The notes below the pieces were generated by a model. It was given only the letters and a program-made list of their open reading frames with translations. It made no database searches and had not been told where the DNA came from. A stretch of DNA of 48,760 nucleotides from a bacterium (lineage in GTDB: Bacteria > Verrucomicrobiota > Kiritimatiellia > RFP12 > UBA1067), in assembly GCA_037141675.1 (NCBI GenBank), contig JBAXCC010000003.1, positions 1-48,760 of the forward strand, written 5' to 3'. A program made the position numbers and the translations under genes. Below, piece by piece: positions 34,692 to 44,226 of the stretch (its first letter is position 1; the number at the start of each line of letters is the position of its first letter).

Positions 34692-37600
34692 TTAAAATCC
34701 AAAGTTGCCTCCCACGCGTGTGCGCCCCGGTTGCACCAAGTCACGGAAGGGCGCTGGTAAATTCTGCTGTTGCCACATGGGCTGGAAGCGGCCTTCTGTG
34801 CGCAATTGATTGCGCGTGGGTTCACCGCCTAATTCAACGGCACGACGCCAGGCATCATACCCTTCGGTGCTCTTGCCTTGTAGGATGTTCAGCCACCCCA
34901 TTTCAACCCAGCCCCTCGGGTCACGGGGTACAAGCGTCACATAACGACGGAAGGCGTTCATCGCCAAGTCCATCCGGCGCACGCTGTTCAGCAGTGTACC
35001 CACCTGGAAGAAGCACTCTGCGGGGGCCTTCTCGTTATTGAGCACCATGCCGCTCAACTGGGACAACTCGTTTTGAAGATTTAACCGAGCATAAATCGTC
35101 AGCAACTCCATGATGTCGTTGACGTCTGCGCCTGTACCTAATTTCGCTTGAAGTTCCGTACGCCGCTTATCACAGGTCTCAATGTCATTAATCTGATCGA
35201 GAAAACCCTTGGCGCTTGTATTGTATTCGTCAATCTTCAGATAGGCGGCAATCAGTTGACGCGCATCCGCATACCGGCGTTGATTCATGCAGAGTTCCGC
35301 CAAGCGGAAATTACCCTCGGGGCTTTCCGGGCACAGCTCAACAGACTGACGGAACGCATATTCAGCCTCCGCAATCATCCCTCGGTACAGATAGAGTCCT
35401 GCAATCGCCGAACGCATCTTGGAGAAGGATTTTTTTGCGTCGGCATTGCGACGGAATTCTTCACGCGCTGTAAACTCCTTGGTCAGCTTATCCCAGTACG
35501 CCTTGTCCTTGGCGACAATATCCTGCCACAGCTTGGGATTCTGCTGCGGCGCCGGCAGCACATCCTTCTCAATTTTCATAATGACGCCTGCAGGACTCAG
35601 ATAGGGATACATCCATTGGATAACGTAGCTCTCTTCAACGTAGAATGCATGGTTGGTCTTGTTCCAATCAAAGATATACTTAGCTAGAATACCATTGATT
35701 TCCATGACCGCCAAGGCACCCGTCACTTGCACGCGGCCATTTTCAATGACAATGTCTCCGCGATTCGGCCTCGCCCCGCTCTGCACTTCTGACACAAACT
35801 GCTGGAACGCCCGCGCACTGTCATCTGGCGTCGGGATGCGAATCGGCGCTTTTGGAAAATCATTTTTACGATCCAATGCATTCCAGCCCCACTTGAAGAC
35901 ACTCCGCTGCCACGGGCTGAACTTTTCGAGCGTCTTGGGATCTTCCGGATTGGGACGGCTATAGTCGTAATGATCGCGGATATAGTTCATGTAGGTGCCA
36001 TCCGCCAAGGCATTCTGCGTAATGATGTAGACATCCGAACGATCAAAATCACGCCCCTTTGATTCCGGCAGGTGCGGACTCTGAAAGCGGTGCTGCGGTT
36101 TCACACGGCTTTCACAGAAGATCATGTAGGTCGGCACAAAACGCCCCGGATCTGTCCCTCCGTATAAGACCGCATCCTTCTCCATATCCGGATATCCGCC
36201 ACCCGGGCAAAACATGCGATAACCGAACTGATAGCCGAAATCATGCGTCGTGAGCGAACAGAGGCTCCAGTTCTTCGCATACGGAATATAAGGCAAGGCA
36301 AGCAGCGCTAGACAGGCCACATAGACCAGCGCCTTGGGGATCGTTCGCCAAACCGAGAGCACATACGCGAAGGTCATCGCAATACCATACCCAATCAGCA
36401 TGGCATAAAAGCCATGAGCCGGCGCAAAGAACTTAATCGTGATTTCCTGTTCCTGACGATCGAGCTTAGGATTGATAATCATGATCAGCCCGAGACTGGA
36501 CGCAAGGAAGGCCGCCCATACGAAAATTCCCCAGGAGCGTCCCGGCCATTCCAAGTAGAGCCAAAAGATAATCAACAAACAGAAGAGCGTTGAGAGTCCG
36601 ACACCCCAAATCATGAGCTGGGGCGAGAAGGCGAACGGCAGTTTCAACACCGCCGTACGTAAGACGGAAATCGCGATCATGGAAGCCGGTATCGCCGCCA
36701 GCCACACCAGCAAAATCCAGACGTAACTTTTGGCCTCACGCGTGAGCCGCTTGACCATCCACCAGGTCGAGACCCCCAGCGTCACCAGGCCGAAGAGACA
36801 GAGCGGCAGCGAATACTGCCTCAGCAAGCCCCGAATAAAGACCCATATCTGGATATGGATAATGGACCCACACGGATCCGCCATTTGAAGCTTCTCATAT
36901 TGGCCACGCGTAATCGCATGGAGGAAACCTTCTTTCGTTGAGGCAAAACCCCAGTTCATGGGCGGATTGGTCGATGCGGCGATCGGCATATACATATACA
37001 ACGCACAACCGCACAGAAAGAGTCCTGTATAAATGAACGCATAGCGCGGACTGACCCAGCCCGCCTTGAATCCGGCACCCAGTAAGATCGCGCCCGCCAC
37101 AGCTAACGCAATGATTCGAAATGCCATCGAGCTATCGGCACGCAACCAGGCAAAGAGCGAAAACACCGCGGCCAAACTGAACAGCACGGCAACTGTCAAA
37201 TCCCAGAAGGTCGTCAGAGATGTCATCATCAACTGAAAGGGCTGCACTTTGACTTTTGCTGCAAGCAGTTCAGCGCGCTGCTGGAAAAACTTATCCAAGC
37301 CCAATGCCAATGTGCCCGCCACCAGCGCCAAGGCCATCACCGCTACGGTCTGATGATTCGTCATACTCAGCCCGAACGTCAGCAAGGAGGCATAAAGAAA
37401 TCCCTTTCGCCGAGGCTGGACCATCCACGCAAAGAAAAAGCAGGCGATCAGAATAAACGAGAAGGCGTTCAACACGCGCATTTCCGACACGCTTGCCCAG
37501 AGCCAAACACCGCGATTGAAGCCGAACAACAAGGAGGTGCTCGTACCCACGGCCAAGGCAATCCAGTGCAGCAACCGGTCATCGACCTTCTTAGACCACG

Positions 37601-37985
37601 GAAGCGTATGCAGCAAGACGCGCGTACTGCGCGTCATCATCAGCGTCATCACGCCCACCGTCAGACCGCCGGTAACGACAGACATCATTCCGATGCGCCA
37701 GGCAGGATTTCCAAAGGGAATGATGAAATGACTCCAGATATAGCCCAGGAAGGCCCACAGCGGATATCCGGGCGGATGCGGGACACCGAAGGTAAACGCC
37801 CCCGTCACCAGTTCACCGGAGTCTTGCAACGTCACCTCAGGCGCCATGTTACGGATAAAAATAAATGTCGAGAAGAGAAAGGACAATACCGAGGCAATCC
37901 AGTCTTCCTTCTTGAAGAAGTGCCTCGCCGAATCTTTCTCTGAATCTTCCTGACTCTCCACCGCATTCTTAAGTTGTTCACTCAT
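34692..37985 (-). CDS. DUF2723/TMEM260-like GT-C glycosyltransferase with C-terminal TPR repeats
   Basis: QDSGEL......GVPHPPGYP, SEMRVL, GLSMTNH, NPPMNWG and many TM helices. The C-terminus has TPR-like repeats (AEAEYAFRQSVELCPES; AMNAFRRYVTLVPRD). Confidence 0.88.
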   Translation of the reverse strand: MSEQLKNAVESQEDSEKDSARHFFKKEDWIASVLSFLFSTFIFIRNMAPEVTLQDSGELVTGAFTFGVPHPPGYPLWAFLGYIWSHFIIPFGNPAWRIGMMSVVTGGLTVGVMTLMMTRSTRVLLHTLPWSKKVDDRLLHWIALAVGTSTSLLFGFNRGVWLWASVSEMRVLNAFSFILIACFFFAWMVQPRRKGFLYASLLTFGLSMTNHQTVAVMALALVAGTLALGLDKFFQQRAELLAAKVKVQPFQLMMTSLTTFWDLTVAVLFSLAAVFSLFAWLRADSSMAFRIIALAVAGAILLGAGFKAGWVSPRYAFIYTGLFLCGCALYMYMPIAASTNPPMNWGFASTKEGFLHAITRGQYEKLQMADPCGSIIHIQIWVFIRGLLRQYSLPLCLFGLVTLGVSTWWMVKRLTREAKSYVWILLVWLAAIPASMIAISVLRTAVLKLPFAFSPQLMIWGVGLSTLFCLLIIFWLYLEWPGRSWGIFVWAAFLASSLGLIMIINPKLDRQEQEITIKFFAPAHGFYAMLIGYGIAMTFAYVLSVWRTIPKALVYVACLALLALPYIPYAKNWSLCSLTTHDFGYQFGYRMFCPGGGYPDMEKDAVLYGGTDPGRFVPTYMIFCESRVKPQHRFQSPHLPESKGRDFDRSDVYIITQNALADGTYMNYIRDHYDYSRPNPEDPKTLEKFSPWQRSVFKWGWNALDRKNDFPKAPIRIPTPDDSARAFQQFVSEVQSGARPNRGDIVIENGRVQVTGALAVMEINGILAKYIFDWNKTNHAFYVEESYVIQWMYPYLSPAGVIMKIEKDVLPAPQQNPKLWQDIVAKDKAYWDKLTKEFTAREEFRRNADAKKSFSKMRSAIAGLYLYRGMIAEAEYAFRQSVELCPESPEGNFRLAELCMNQRRYADARQLIAAYLKIDEYNTSAKGFLDQINDIETCDKRRTELQAKLGTGADVNDIMELLTIYARLNLQNELSQLSGMVLNNEKAPAECFFQVGTLLNSVRRMDLAMNAFRRYVTLVPRDPRGWVEMGWLNILQGKSTEGYDAWRRAVELGGEPTRNQLRTEGRFQPMWQQQNLPAPFRDLVQPGRTRVGGNFGF

Positions 37986-38029
37986 CGTTCATTCATCCTT
38001 CGATCTTAACCTATGCCTTGTTGCAATAC

Positions 38030-38083
38030 GGTAGCGAGGTTTCGCCTCAACCGCCGCTGACGGCTCGACGAGCCATTTCTACC
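38030..38083. repeat. GTAG-type REP doublet in inverted orientation
   Basis: Left unit GGTAGCGAGGTTTCGCCTCAACCGCC. The right unit's reverse complement is GGTAGAAATGGCTCGTCGAGCCGTC, which has an internal GGCTCG-T-CGAGCC palindrome. Confidence 0.65.
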
Positions 38084-38090
38084 ATCGCCC

Positions 38091-40124
38091 TTACTTCACG
38101 GTCGCCCCAGCATTCGCACCTGCATCCGGAGAGACAACAAATAATGCTCCATCCGGATTACCCGCCGCCAAGATCATGCCTTCGGACATGCCAAACTTCA
38201 TCTTGCGGGCCGCAAGGTTCGCAACCATCACCACCTGACGACCTATGAGCGTCGCAGGGTCATACGCTTTGCGGATGCCCGCAAACACCTGCCGTGGCTT
38301 TTCCTCGCCAATGTCCAACATCACCTTCAACAGCTTGTCCGCGCCTTCAACATATTCCGCGCTCACCACCGTCGCTACGCGTAAATCGGTCTTGGCAAAG
38401 GTGTCGTAGTCGATGGTTTCTTTGATTGGTTCGATAGAAGCGGGGGAGCGAGCGGTCGCCCCAGCAGATGCCGGTTGCGCCACAGGCGCAGCCGCCTTGC
38501 TCGCCTCGATCATCTTTTCCACAACCCCCACATCGACGCGCGTCGCCAGATATTCGTATGGGTTGATGGCCACGTTTTCAATCGCCTTCTCTAAATCTGA
38601 CCACTGATAGGCTTGCTCTCCAAAAAGTTTAGCCACGCGTTCGGAATAAACCGGCAATACAGGTTGCAAATAAATCGCCAGCACCCGGAAGATGTTGAGT
38701 ACAGAGGTCATCACTTGCCGCGCTGCCGCCAAATCGGTTTTCACGAGCGCCCAAGGAGCCTTCGCATCAAAGTACTGGTTAGCCGCATCCGCGATGTCAC
38801 GGATTTCAACCATAACCTTTCCAAAATCGCGGGCTTCGTAATAGGCGGCCACTGCTTCGGAGCGGCCACAGGCAACCTGCCACAAGGCGCGGCCTTCTGT
38901 GTCCATCACGCCGGTCTGGCCACCCAAGCTCTTGTGCAGCATCTGCGCGCCGCGTGAGGCTAAGTTAGTGATCTTACCGACCAGGTCGGAGTTCACGCGG
39001 TTCACAAAGTCGCCCAGATTCATGTCCAAGTCGTCTGTAGTACCATTCAACTTGCAAGCATAGTAGAAACGCAGGTCTTGCGGGTTCAGATAATCCAGAT
39101 ACGTACGCGCCTTGACAAAGGTGCCTTTGGACTTGCTCATCTTCTCGCCATTGACTGTCAGGAAGCCGTGCACAAACACGTGGTTCGGGGTCTTGATGCC
39201 CGCCACCTTCAACATGGTCGGCCAGAAGAGACAGTGGAAACGGACGATGTCCTTACCAATGAAGTGATACAACTCCGCGTCCGGGTTGTTCCACCAGGCG
39301 TCGATGTCCTGCCCGTGGTCAGCACACCATTTCTGAAGCGAAGCCAAGTAACCAATCGGCGCATCCACCCACACATAGAAAAACTTGCCAGGATGGCCCG
39401 GGATTTCAAAACCAAAGTAGGGTGCGTCGCGCGAAATACACCAGCCGCGCAATGGCTCGTTAAACCATTCCAATAGCTTGTGCGCCACGTCCGGAGCCGT
39501 ATGCTTCGGAATCCATTCCTTTAGAAAATCACGGAAAGGCTCGAGTTCAAAGAAGAGATGTTCGCTGTTGCGCATGACTGGCGTAGAGCCACACGTCACA
39601 CAGGTCGCATGTTTAAGTTCTTCCGCAGGATAAGTCTGACCACACACGTCACAGGCATCCCCATACTGGTTCTCCGCGCCGCACTTCGGGCAGGTGCCCT
39701 TGACAAACCGGTCTGGCAAAAACATGGCATCGTGCTCGCAATAAAGCTGCGGGAGCATTTGAACCGTGATTGCGCCACTCTTCTGCATCGCAGCAAAAAT
39801 GCGGTTGCTGAATGTCCGGTTCTCTTCTGAATTTGTCGAATAGTAGTTATCGAAACGAATCTGAAAGTCCGCGAAATCCTTGCTGTGTTGCATATGGCTG
39901 CGGCCGATCAGCGTCTCAGGGGAGATTCCTTCGGCGCGTGCCCGCAACATGATAGGCGTACCGTGCGTATCGTCCGCACAAATATAGAGGCAGTCATGGT
40001 TGCGCATCTTCTGGAAGCGCACCCAAAAATCAGTTTGCAGGTACTCCACCAGATGGCCAATATGAATATCGCCGTTCGCATAAGGCAAGGCCGCTGTCAC
40101 AACTATTTTTCGCTTTGTGTTCAC
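38091..40124 (-). CDS. metG: Methionine--tRNA ligase with C-terminal tRNA-binding domain
   Basis: LPYANGDIHIGH, zinc knuckles CPKC/CDVC/CVTC, YVWVDAPIGY, KMSKS and C-terminal DLRVA...SEGMIL. GTG start. Confidence 0.98.
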   Translation of the reverse strand: MNTKRKIVVTAALPYANGDIHIGHLVEYLQTDFWVRFQKMRNHDCLYICADDTHGTPIMLRARAEGISPETLIGRSHMQHSKDFADFQIRFDNYYSTNSEENRTFSNRIFAAMQKSGAITVQMLPQLYCEHDAMFLPDRFVKGTCPKCGAENQYGDACDVCGQTYPAEELKHATCVTCGSTPVMRNSEHLFFELEPFRDFLKEWIPKHTAPDVAHKLLEWFNEPLRGWCISRDAPYFGFEIPGHPGKFFYVWVDAPIGYLASLQKWCADHGQDIDAWWNNPDAELYHFIGKDIVRFHCLFWPTMLKVAGIKTPNHVFVHGFLTVNGEKMSKSKGTFVKARTYLDYLNPQDLRFYYACKLNGTTDDLDMNLGDFVNRVNSDLVGKITNLASRGAQMLHKSLGGQTGVMDTEGRALWQVACGRSEAVAAYYEARDFGKVMVEIRDIADAANQYFDAKAPWALVKTDLAAARQVMTSVLNIFRVLAIYLQPVLPVYSERVAKLFGEQAYQWSDLEKAIENVAINPYEYLATRVDVGVVEKMIEASKAAAPVAQPASAGATARSPASIEPIKETIDYDTFAKTDLRVATVVSAEYVEGADKLLKVMLDIGEEKPRQVFAGIRKAYDPATLIGRQVVMVANLAARKMKFGMSEGMILAAGNPDGALFVVSPDAGANAGATVK

Positions 40125-40290
40125 AATGAAAAAATCCTCTTTGAGAAAGTGTTATAGTATATAAAAAATGACCAAAAAACTCAATTCGATAATGTTTTTA
40201 AAACAAATCGCCTTTCCATGGCCTCGTTTAGCTTGTCCCTCAAGCGGTTTTTAGTTATATTATTTTTCTTTTTAAACAAGCGAGGGCAAG

Positions 40291-41196
40291 ATGAAATACG
40301 ACAAAAACCATGCTTTAATTCAAAGTGAAATCCCCGGACTTCCCCCACCCCGCCGCGGCAAAGTGCGCGACCTTTATGATCTGGGGGACAGCCTGCTACT
40401 CGTGGCCACGGACCGCATCAGCGCCTTTGACGTGATTATGCCCAATGGCATTCCGGACAAAGGACGCATCCTGAATACCCTGAGCATGTTCTGGTTTGAC
40501 CTTCTGAAGTGGATGCCGAACCACATCATCACCGCGAATGTGGACCAATATCCGGCAGCCTTGCAGTGCGCAAAAGAGGACCTGCGCGGACGTTCCATGC
40601 TCGTCAAGAAGGTCTCGATCGTCCCCTTCGAGTGTATTGTCCGCGGCTACCTCACAGGCTCCGGCTACAAGGAATATCAGAAGAGCGGCACCGTCAACGA
40701 GCAGAAACTGCGTGCAGGCTACCAGAATGGCTCCAAGCTCGATGTCGCGCTCTTCACGCCCAGCACCAAGGCTGAACAGGGGGAACATGACCTGCCGATC
40801 TCGCTCATTGACATGGCTGCCCAGATTGGCGAGCAACAGACGAAGGAACTCGCGGACATCTCCCTCCGCTGCTACTCCAATGCGGCAGACTATGCCGCGC
40901 AACACGGGATCATCATCGCGGATACCAAGTTTGAATTCGGCGTGGACACCCAAGGCAAGTTCATCCTCGCGGATGAAGTGCTGACCCCCGATTCCAGCCG
41001 CTTCTGGCCGCAGGAAAGCTACGCCGTCGGCAGCAATCCACCCAGCCTGGATAAACAGTTCGTGCGCGACTGGCTCGATAGCGTGAAATTCAATCACCAG
41101 CCTCCAGCCCCTGTCCTTCCGGATGACGTCGTCACCAAGACACGCGAGAAATATGTCGCGGCATTCGAGACGTTAACCAAACAGAAATTCATCTAA
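40291..41196 (+). CDS. purC: SAICAR synthetase
   Basis: RGKVRDLY, TDRISAFD, ECIVRGY, TPSTKA, ADTKFEFG, DEVLTPDSSRFW and LDKQFVRDWL. Confidence 0.98.
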   Translation: MKYDKNHALIQSEIPGLPPPRRGKVRDLYDLGDSLLLVATDRISAFDVIMPNGIPDKGRILNTLSMFWFDLLKWMPNHIITANVDQYPAALQCAKEDLRGRSMLVKKVSIVPFECIVRGYLTGSGYKEYQKSGTVNEQKLRAGYQNGSKLDVALFTPSTKAEQGEHDLPISLIDMAAQIGEQQTKELADISLRCYSNAADYAAQHGIIIADTKFEFGVDTQGKFILADEVLTPDSSRFWPQESYAVGSNPPSLDKQFVRDWLDSVKFNHQPPAPVLPDDVVTKTREKYVAAFETLTKQKFI

Positions 41197-41203
41197 TCGT
41201 TTC

Positions 41204-41240
41204 AGAGGTATCCGCTCTCCTGCGGGTGCCTCTTTTTTTT
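41204..41240 (+). terminator. Intrinsic terminator after purC
   Basis: AGAGGTATCCGC-TCTCCT-GCGGGTGCCTCT running into a T8 tract. Confidence 0.88.
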
Positions 41241-41250
41241 GGAGAATACC

Positions 41251-43104
41251 ATGAAATACCTCATCCCCCTCCTCCTCGCAACAGCTTCGCTCCAGGCCGC
41301 AACGCTCAAAAGCCCGGATGGCAAAATCAGCGCTGAACTCAAAAAGGATGCTGCCGGCCAGCTCGTGTACTCGCTGTGCGCCGACGGCACGCCGTTATTG
41401 GATGAATCCCCGCTGAATATCTCGCTGGACAACAAGCAGCTCGGACAGTCCGTCACATCCATTCAGCAAGGTGAGGTGCGCAAAATTGATGAGACCTATT
41501 CCCTCATCGGCAACCACCCCACGATCCGCTCATGTGCCTCCGAGACCACCTTTGAAATCGAAGCACAGGGCATCAAATACGGACTTGTCGTACGTGTCGG
41601 CAATGATGGCGTCGCCTTCCGTTATCTGCTGCCAGAATCCGCCACCCTGGTTACGGGCGAGAAGACCTCCTGGTGCTTCCCGAAATCCATCAAGAAAATC
41701 GTCTGGCAGGGCATGAGTTCGTGCTATGAAAACTATACCTTCTACACCAGCTTCTCCGAAATTCCAGAGGAGAAAACATTCCTCGGACCACTGACTGTTG
41801 AAGTCGGCGACTATTTCCTCTGCATCTCCGAAGCTGACTGCCAGGCCTTTCCTGACATGGCCTTTCGTCGGAAGGGTAACCAGCTTTATACCGATCACCC
41901 GTCTTCCAAAACATGGCGCGTAAAGGCTGACTTCAGCAAGGAGCCTCGGGTCAAGCTGAACGGCACCTACCTCGGACGCATCGCCTCTCCTTGGCGTTAT
42001 ATCGTTGTTGCAAAAGAGCTGAATGACCTCCTCAACAGTGACATGCTGACGAACCTCTGTCCTCCCCCGATGGAGGACTTCTCATGGGTCAAACCCGGAC
42101 GCGCCATGTGGCAGTGGTGGAGCGTCGGCGAGCCTATGTATCCGGATCAGAAGAACTGGTATGACGCCACCGCCAAGTTGAAATGGGAATATTACATGAT
42201 CGACGACGGCTGGCGCGTCTGGAAAGAGGGAAGCCGGGGGCAGTGGGAACTGTTGAAGGAGTGCGTCGACTACGGAAACTCCATCGGTGTCAAAACGCTC
42301 GCCTGGGTGAACTCCAAAGAGATGCGTGACGCACCATCACGTCGGTCCTATCTTGAGAAGATCAAAGCCTGCGGCGTGGTCGGCATCAAGATCGACTTTA
42401 TCCCGGATGCCACGCAGGACATCATGATCTGGTATCTCGGAGCCATCCAGGATTGTGCTGACCTGAAGCTACTCGTCAATTTCCATGGCGCGGTCAAGCC
42501 TACAGGCTTACGCCGCACGTTACCAAACGATATTACCCGCGAGGGAGTCCGCGGCAATGAATGGCAGATGACGCGATACAAACGCATCATGCCTGCGGAG
42601 CAATACACGGTCATGCCCTTTTCACGCTTTCTGGCAGGCCCTGCGGACATCACCAGCACCATGCTCGACCCTGTCCAGCTTGAGACAGGCAAATTCACAT
42701 GGCCCAATCAAATGGCCCAACTGGTTGTCTTCCTCTCGCCTGTCACCCACTTCTGTGACCAATACAAGTTCTATGTGAATCACCCGGCAAAGGATTTGTT
42801 TGAAGAGGTCCCCGTGGAATGGGATGAAACGCGCGTTCTGAAAAATACAAAGATCGGCGAAGTGGTTGTCTATGCACGACGCAAGGGAAACGTCTGGTGG
42901 CTCGGCGCCATTAACAACAGCTATTTACGAGAGATCGACCTCGCCTTTGACTTCCTGAAGAAACCCGGAAAGGCCGTGATGATTTATGACGACCCCAAGG
43001 TCAATGCGGCGATCAAGCGTGTTGAAGAGACACTTCAGCCTGGCGATGTCCGTAAAATCCTGTTGCGACCCTCTGGCGGATTCTTCGCTAAGATTAGTGA
43101 GTAG
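41251..43104 (+). CDS. Secreted glycoside hydrolase family 97 (probably retaining type)
   Basis: Signal peptide, SPDG, NDGVAFRY, SPWR, SWVKPG..WQWW, IDDGW, GIKIDF, VNFHG.KPTGL.RT.PN, TREGVRGNE and WDETR. ATG 41251 has a GGAGA RBS. Confidence 0.93.
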   Translation: MKYLIPLLLATASLQAATLKSPDGKISAELKKDAAGQLVYSLCADGTPLLDESPLNISLDNKQLGQSVTSIQQGEVRKIDETYSLIGNHPTIRSCASETTFEIEAQGIKYGLVVRVGNDGVAFRYLLPESATLVTGEKTSWCFPKSIKKIVWQGMSSCYENYTFYTSFSEIPEEKTFLGPLTVEVGDYFLCISEADCQAFPDMAFRRKGNQLYTDHPSSKTWRVKADFSKEPRVKLNGTYLGRIASPWRYIVVAKELNDLLNSDMLTNLCPPPMEDFSWVKPGRAMWQWWSVGEPMYPDQKNWYDATAKLKWEYYMIDDGWRVWKEGSRGQWELLKECVDYGNSIGVKTLAWVNSKEMRDAPSRRSYLEKIKACGVVGIKIDFIPDATQDIMIWYLGAIQDCADLKLLVNFHGAVKPTGLRRTLPNDITREGVRGNEWQMTRYKRIMPAEQYTVMPFSRFLAGPADITSTMLDPVQLETGKFTWPNQMAQLVVFLSPVTHFCDQYKFYVNHPAKDLFEEVPVEWDETRVLKNTKIGEVVVYARRKGNVWWLGAINNSYLREIDLAFDFLKKPGKAVMIYDDPKVNAAIKRVEETLQPGDVRKILLRPSGGFFAKISE

Positions 43105-44053
43105 GCGAAGCGCCGTTGATGACCAGTCCGATCGGGGTGCATTGCTTGAAGATCATACGCCCCAGGTTATGGTCTTCATTGCTGTCTGCAACTTTTGACC
43201 CTTCTACCCGTGAAATTAAGCCCACCACATTACCGCAGGCGTCCATCACCGGACCGCCACTGGCGCCTCGTCCAAATTCAGCAGTAATCTCCAGCCACTC
43301 CGTCACACCCAAAATATGCCTTTCCTTCGCTGTTCCCTGTACAGAGTGCGTTTTGCCCTTCCCGTACCGCGCCACATTCCCCTTCCCAAAGGAAAAAAAA
43401 TGTTCATTCGGATGACTCACCAGAAAGACTTCAGAGCCCACTGACACATTGCCCTTCAAGGGAAGCGGGTTAAGTTTAAGTTCCGGGATGCGGATCAGAG
43501 CCCAGTCCTCAACCTGATTAGCCGCGAGTACTTCTGTTACACCCGCGACCTTGCCATCCGCTGTAATAGCGACCATGCCGAGCGCGTTGGTGTCACTAGA
43601 GACCACATGATGGTTCGTCAGAAAAACACCCTCTTCTGAAACCGCAAAGCCCGCAGCTGTGCTCAAATGCAGGTTTTTACACTTCCCACACAAATAGACA
43701 GAGCCTATGATCACAACACTTGGCCGGGCATACTCATACTGTTCACTCTCAGAAAGGACATGGGAATTGGGCGTCGTAAACGTCACCTTTGTCGTCTTGC
43801 GACTCAACTGACCTCGCAAAGTCTCGCCAGGCGTCAGCGTCTTGGCATTGAGCCTCATTTTTGCTTCCGCCAAGAGTTGATCCTTCATCCACTGATCATC
43901 AATGGCGCCTTTGAGAATCCCCGCTTTCGCTCCTCGCGAAGGCGTCTCGTCTCCAAACGTCGTACACCCCTGAATCAACAGTACAACCACAATACCCATC
44001 AATCCCAATACGCTATTTCGAATGTGCATATACTTGCTCTCTTTCTCAGCCAT
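43094..44053 (-). CDS. Trypsin-like (S1) serine protease, probable lipoprotein
   Basis: IQG|C lipobox and triad motifs LTNHHV, DWALI and GASGGPV. Alternative start at 44029. Overlaps the GH97 stop by 11 nt. Confidence 0.85.
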   Translation of the reverse strand: MAEKESKYMHIRNSVLGLMGIVVVLLIQGCTTFGDETPSRGAKAGILKGAIDDQWMKDQLLAEAKMRLNAKTLTPGETLRGQLSRKTTKVTFTTPNSHVLSESEQYEYARPSVVIIGSVYLCGKCKNLHLSTAAGFAVSEEGVFLTNHHVVSSDTNALGMVAITADGKVAGVTEVLAANQVEDWALIRIPELKLNPLPLKGNVSVGSEVFLVSHPNEHFFSFGKGNVARYGKGKTHSVQGTAKERHILGVTEWLEITAEFGRGASGGPVMDACGNVVGLISRVEGSKVADSNEDHNLGRMIFKQCTPIGLVINGASPTH

Positions 44054-44145
44054 TCAAACTGAATAGTCGGAATAGTAGCAGGTGCTTCGCTTATTGACAA
44101 GCGCACACCTTGCATGGGGAAACGTCGTTACCCAAATAATTTCAA

Positions 44146-44226
44146 GACTTGCGACTCGGAACGTGGGACGTGCGGTAGCCTACGACCTACTACCTACCCT
44201 CCTACGACCTGCTACTGACTGCCACT
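44146..44226. repeat. Two adjacent 7-nt tandem repeat arrays
   Basis: GACTTGC GACTCGG AACGTGG GACGTGC (44146-44173), then CCTACGA CCTACTA CCTACCC t CCTACGA CCTGCTA CTGACTG (44179-44221). Confidence 0.7.

Noticed and set aside
34676-34825. Long overlap between hexokinase and the GT-C/TPR gene implied by the ORF track
   Set aside because: The real start is most likely ATG 34675 with its RBS. The same applies to the track extensions at 25614, 27208, 31989 and 48338.
44146-44226. CRISPR array
   Set aside because: The units are 7 nt with no spacers, and there are no cas genes.
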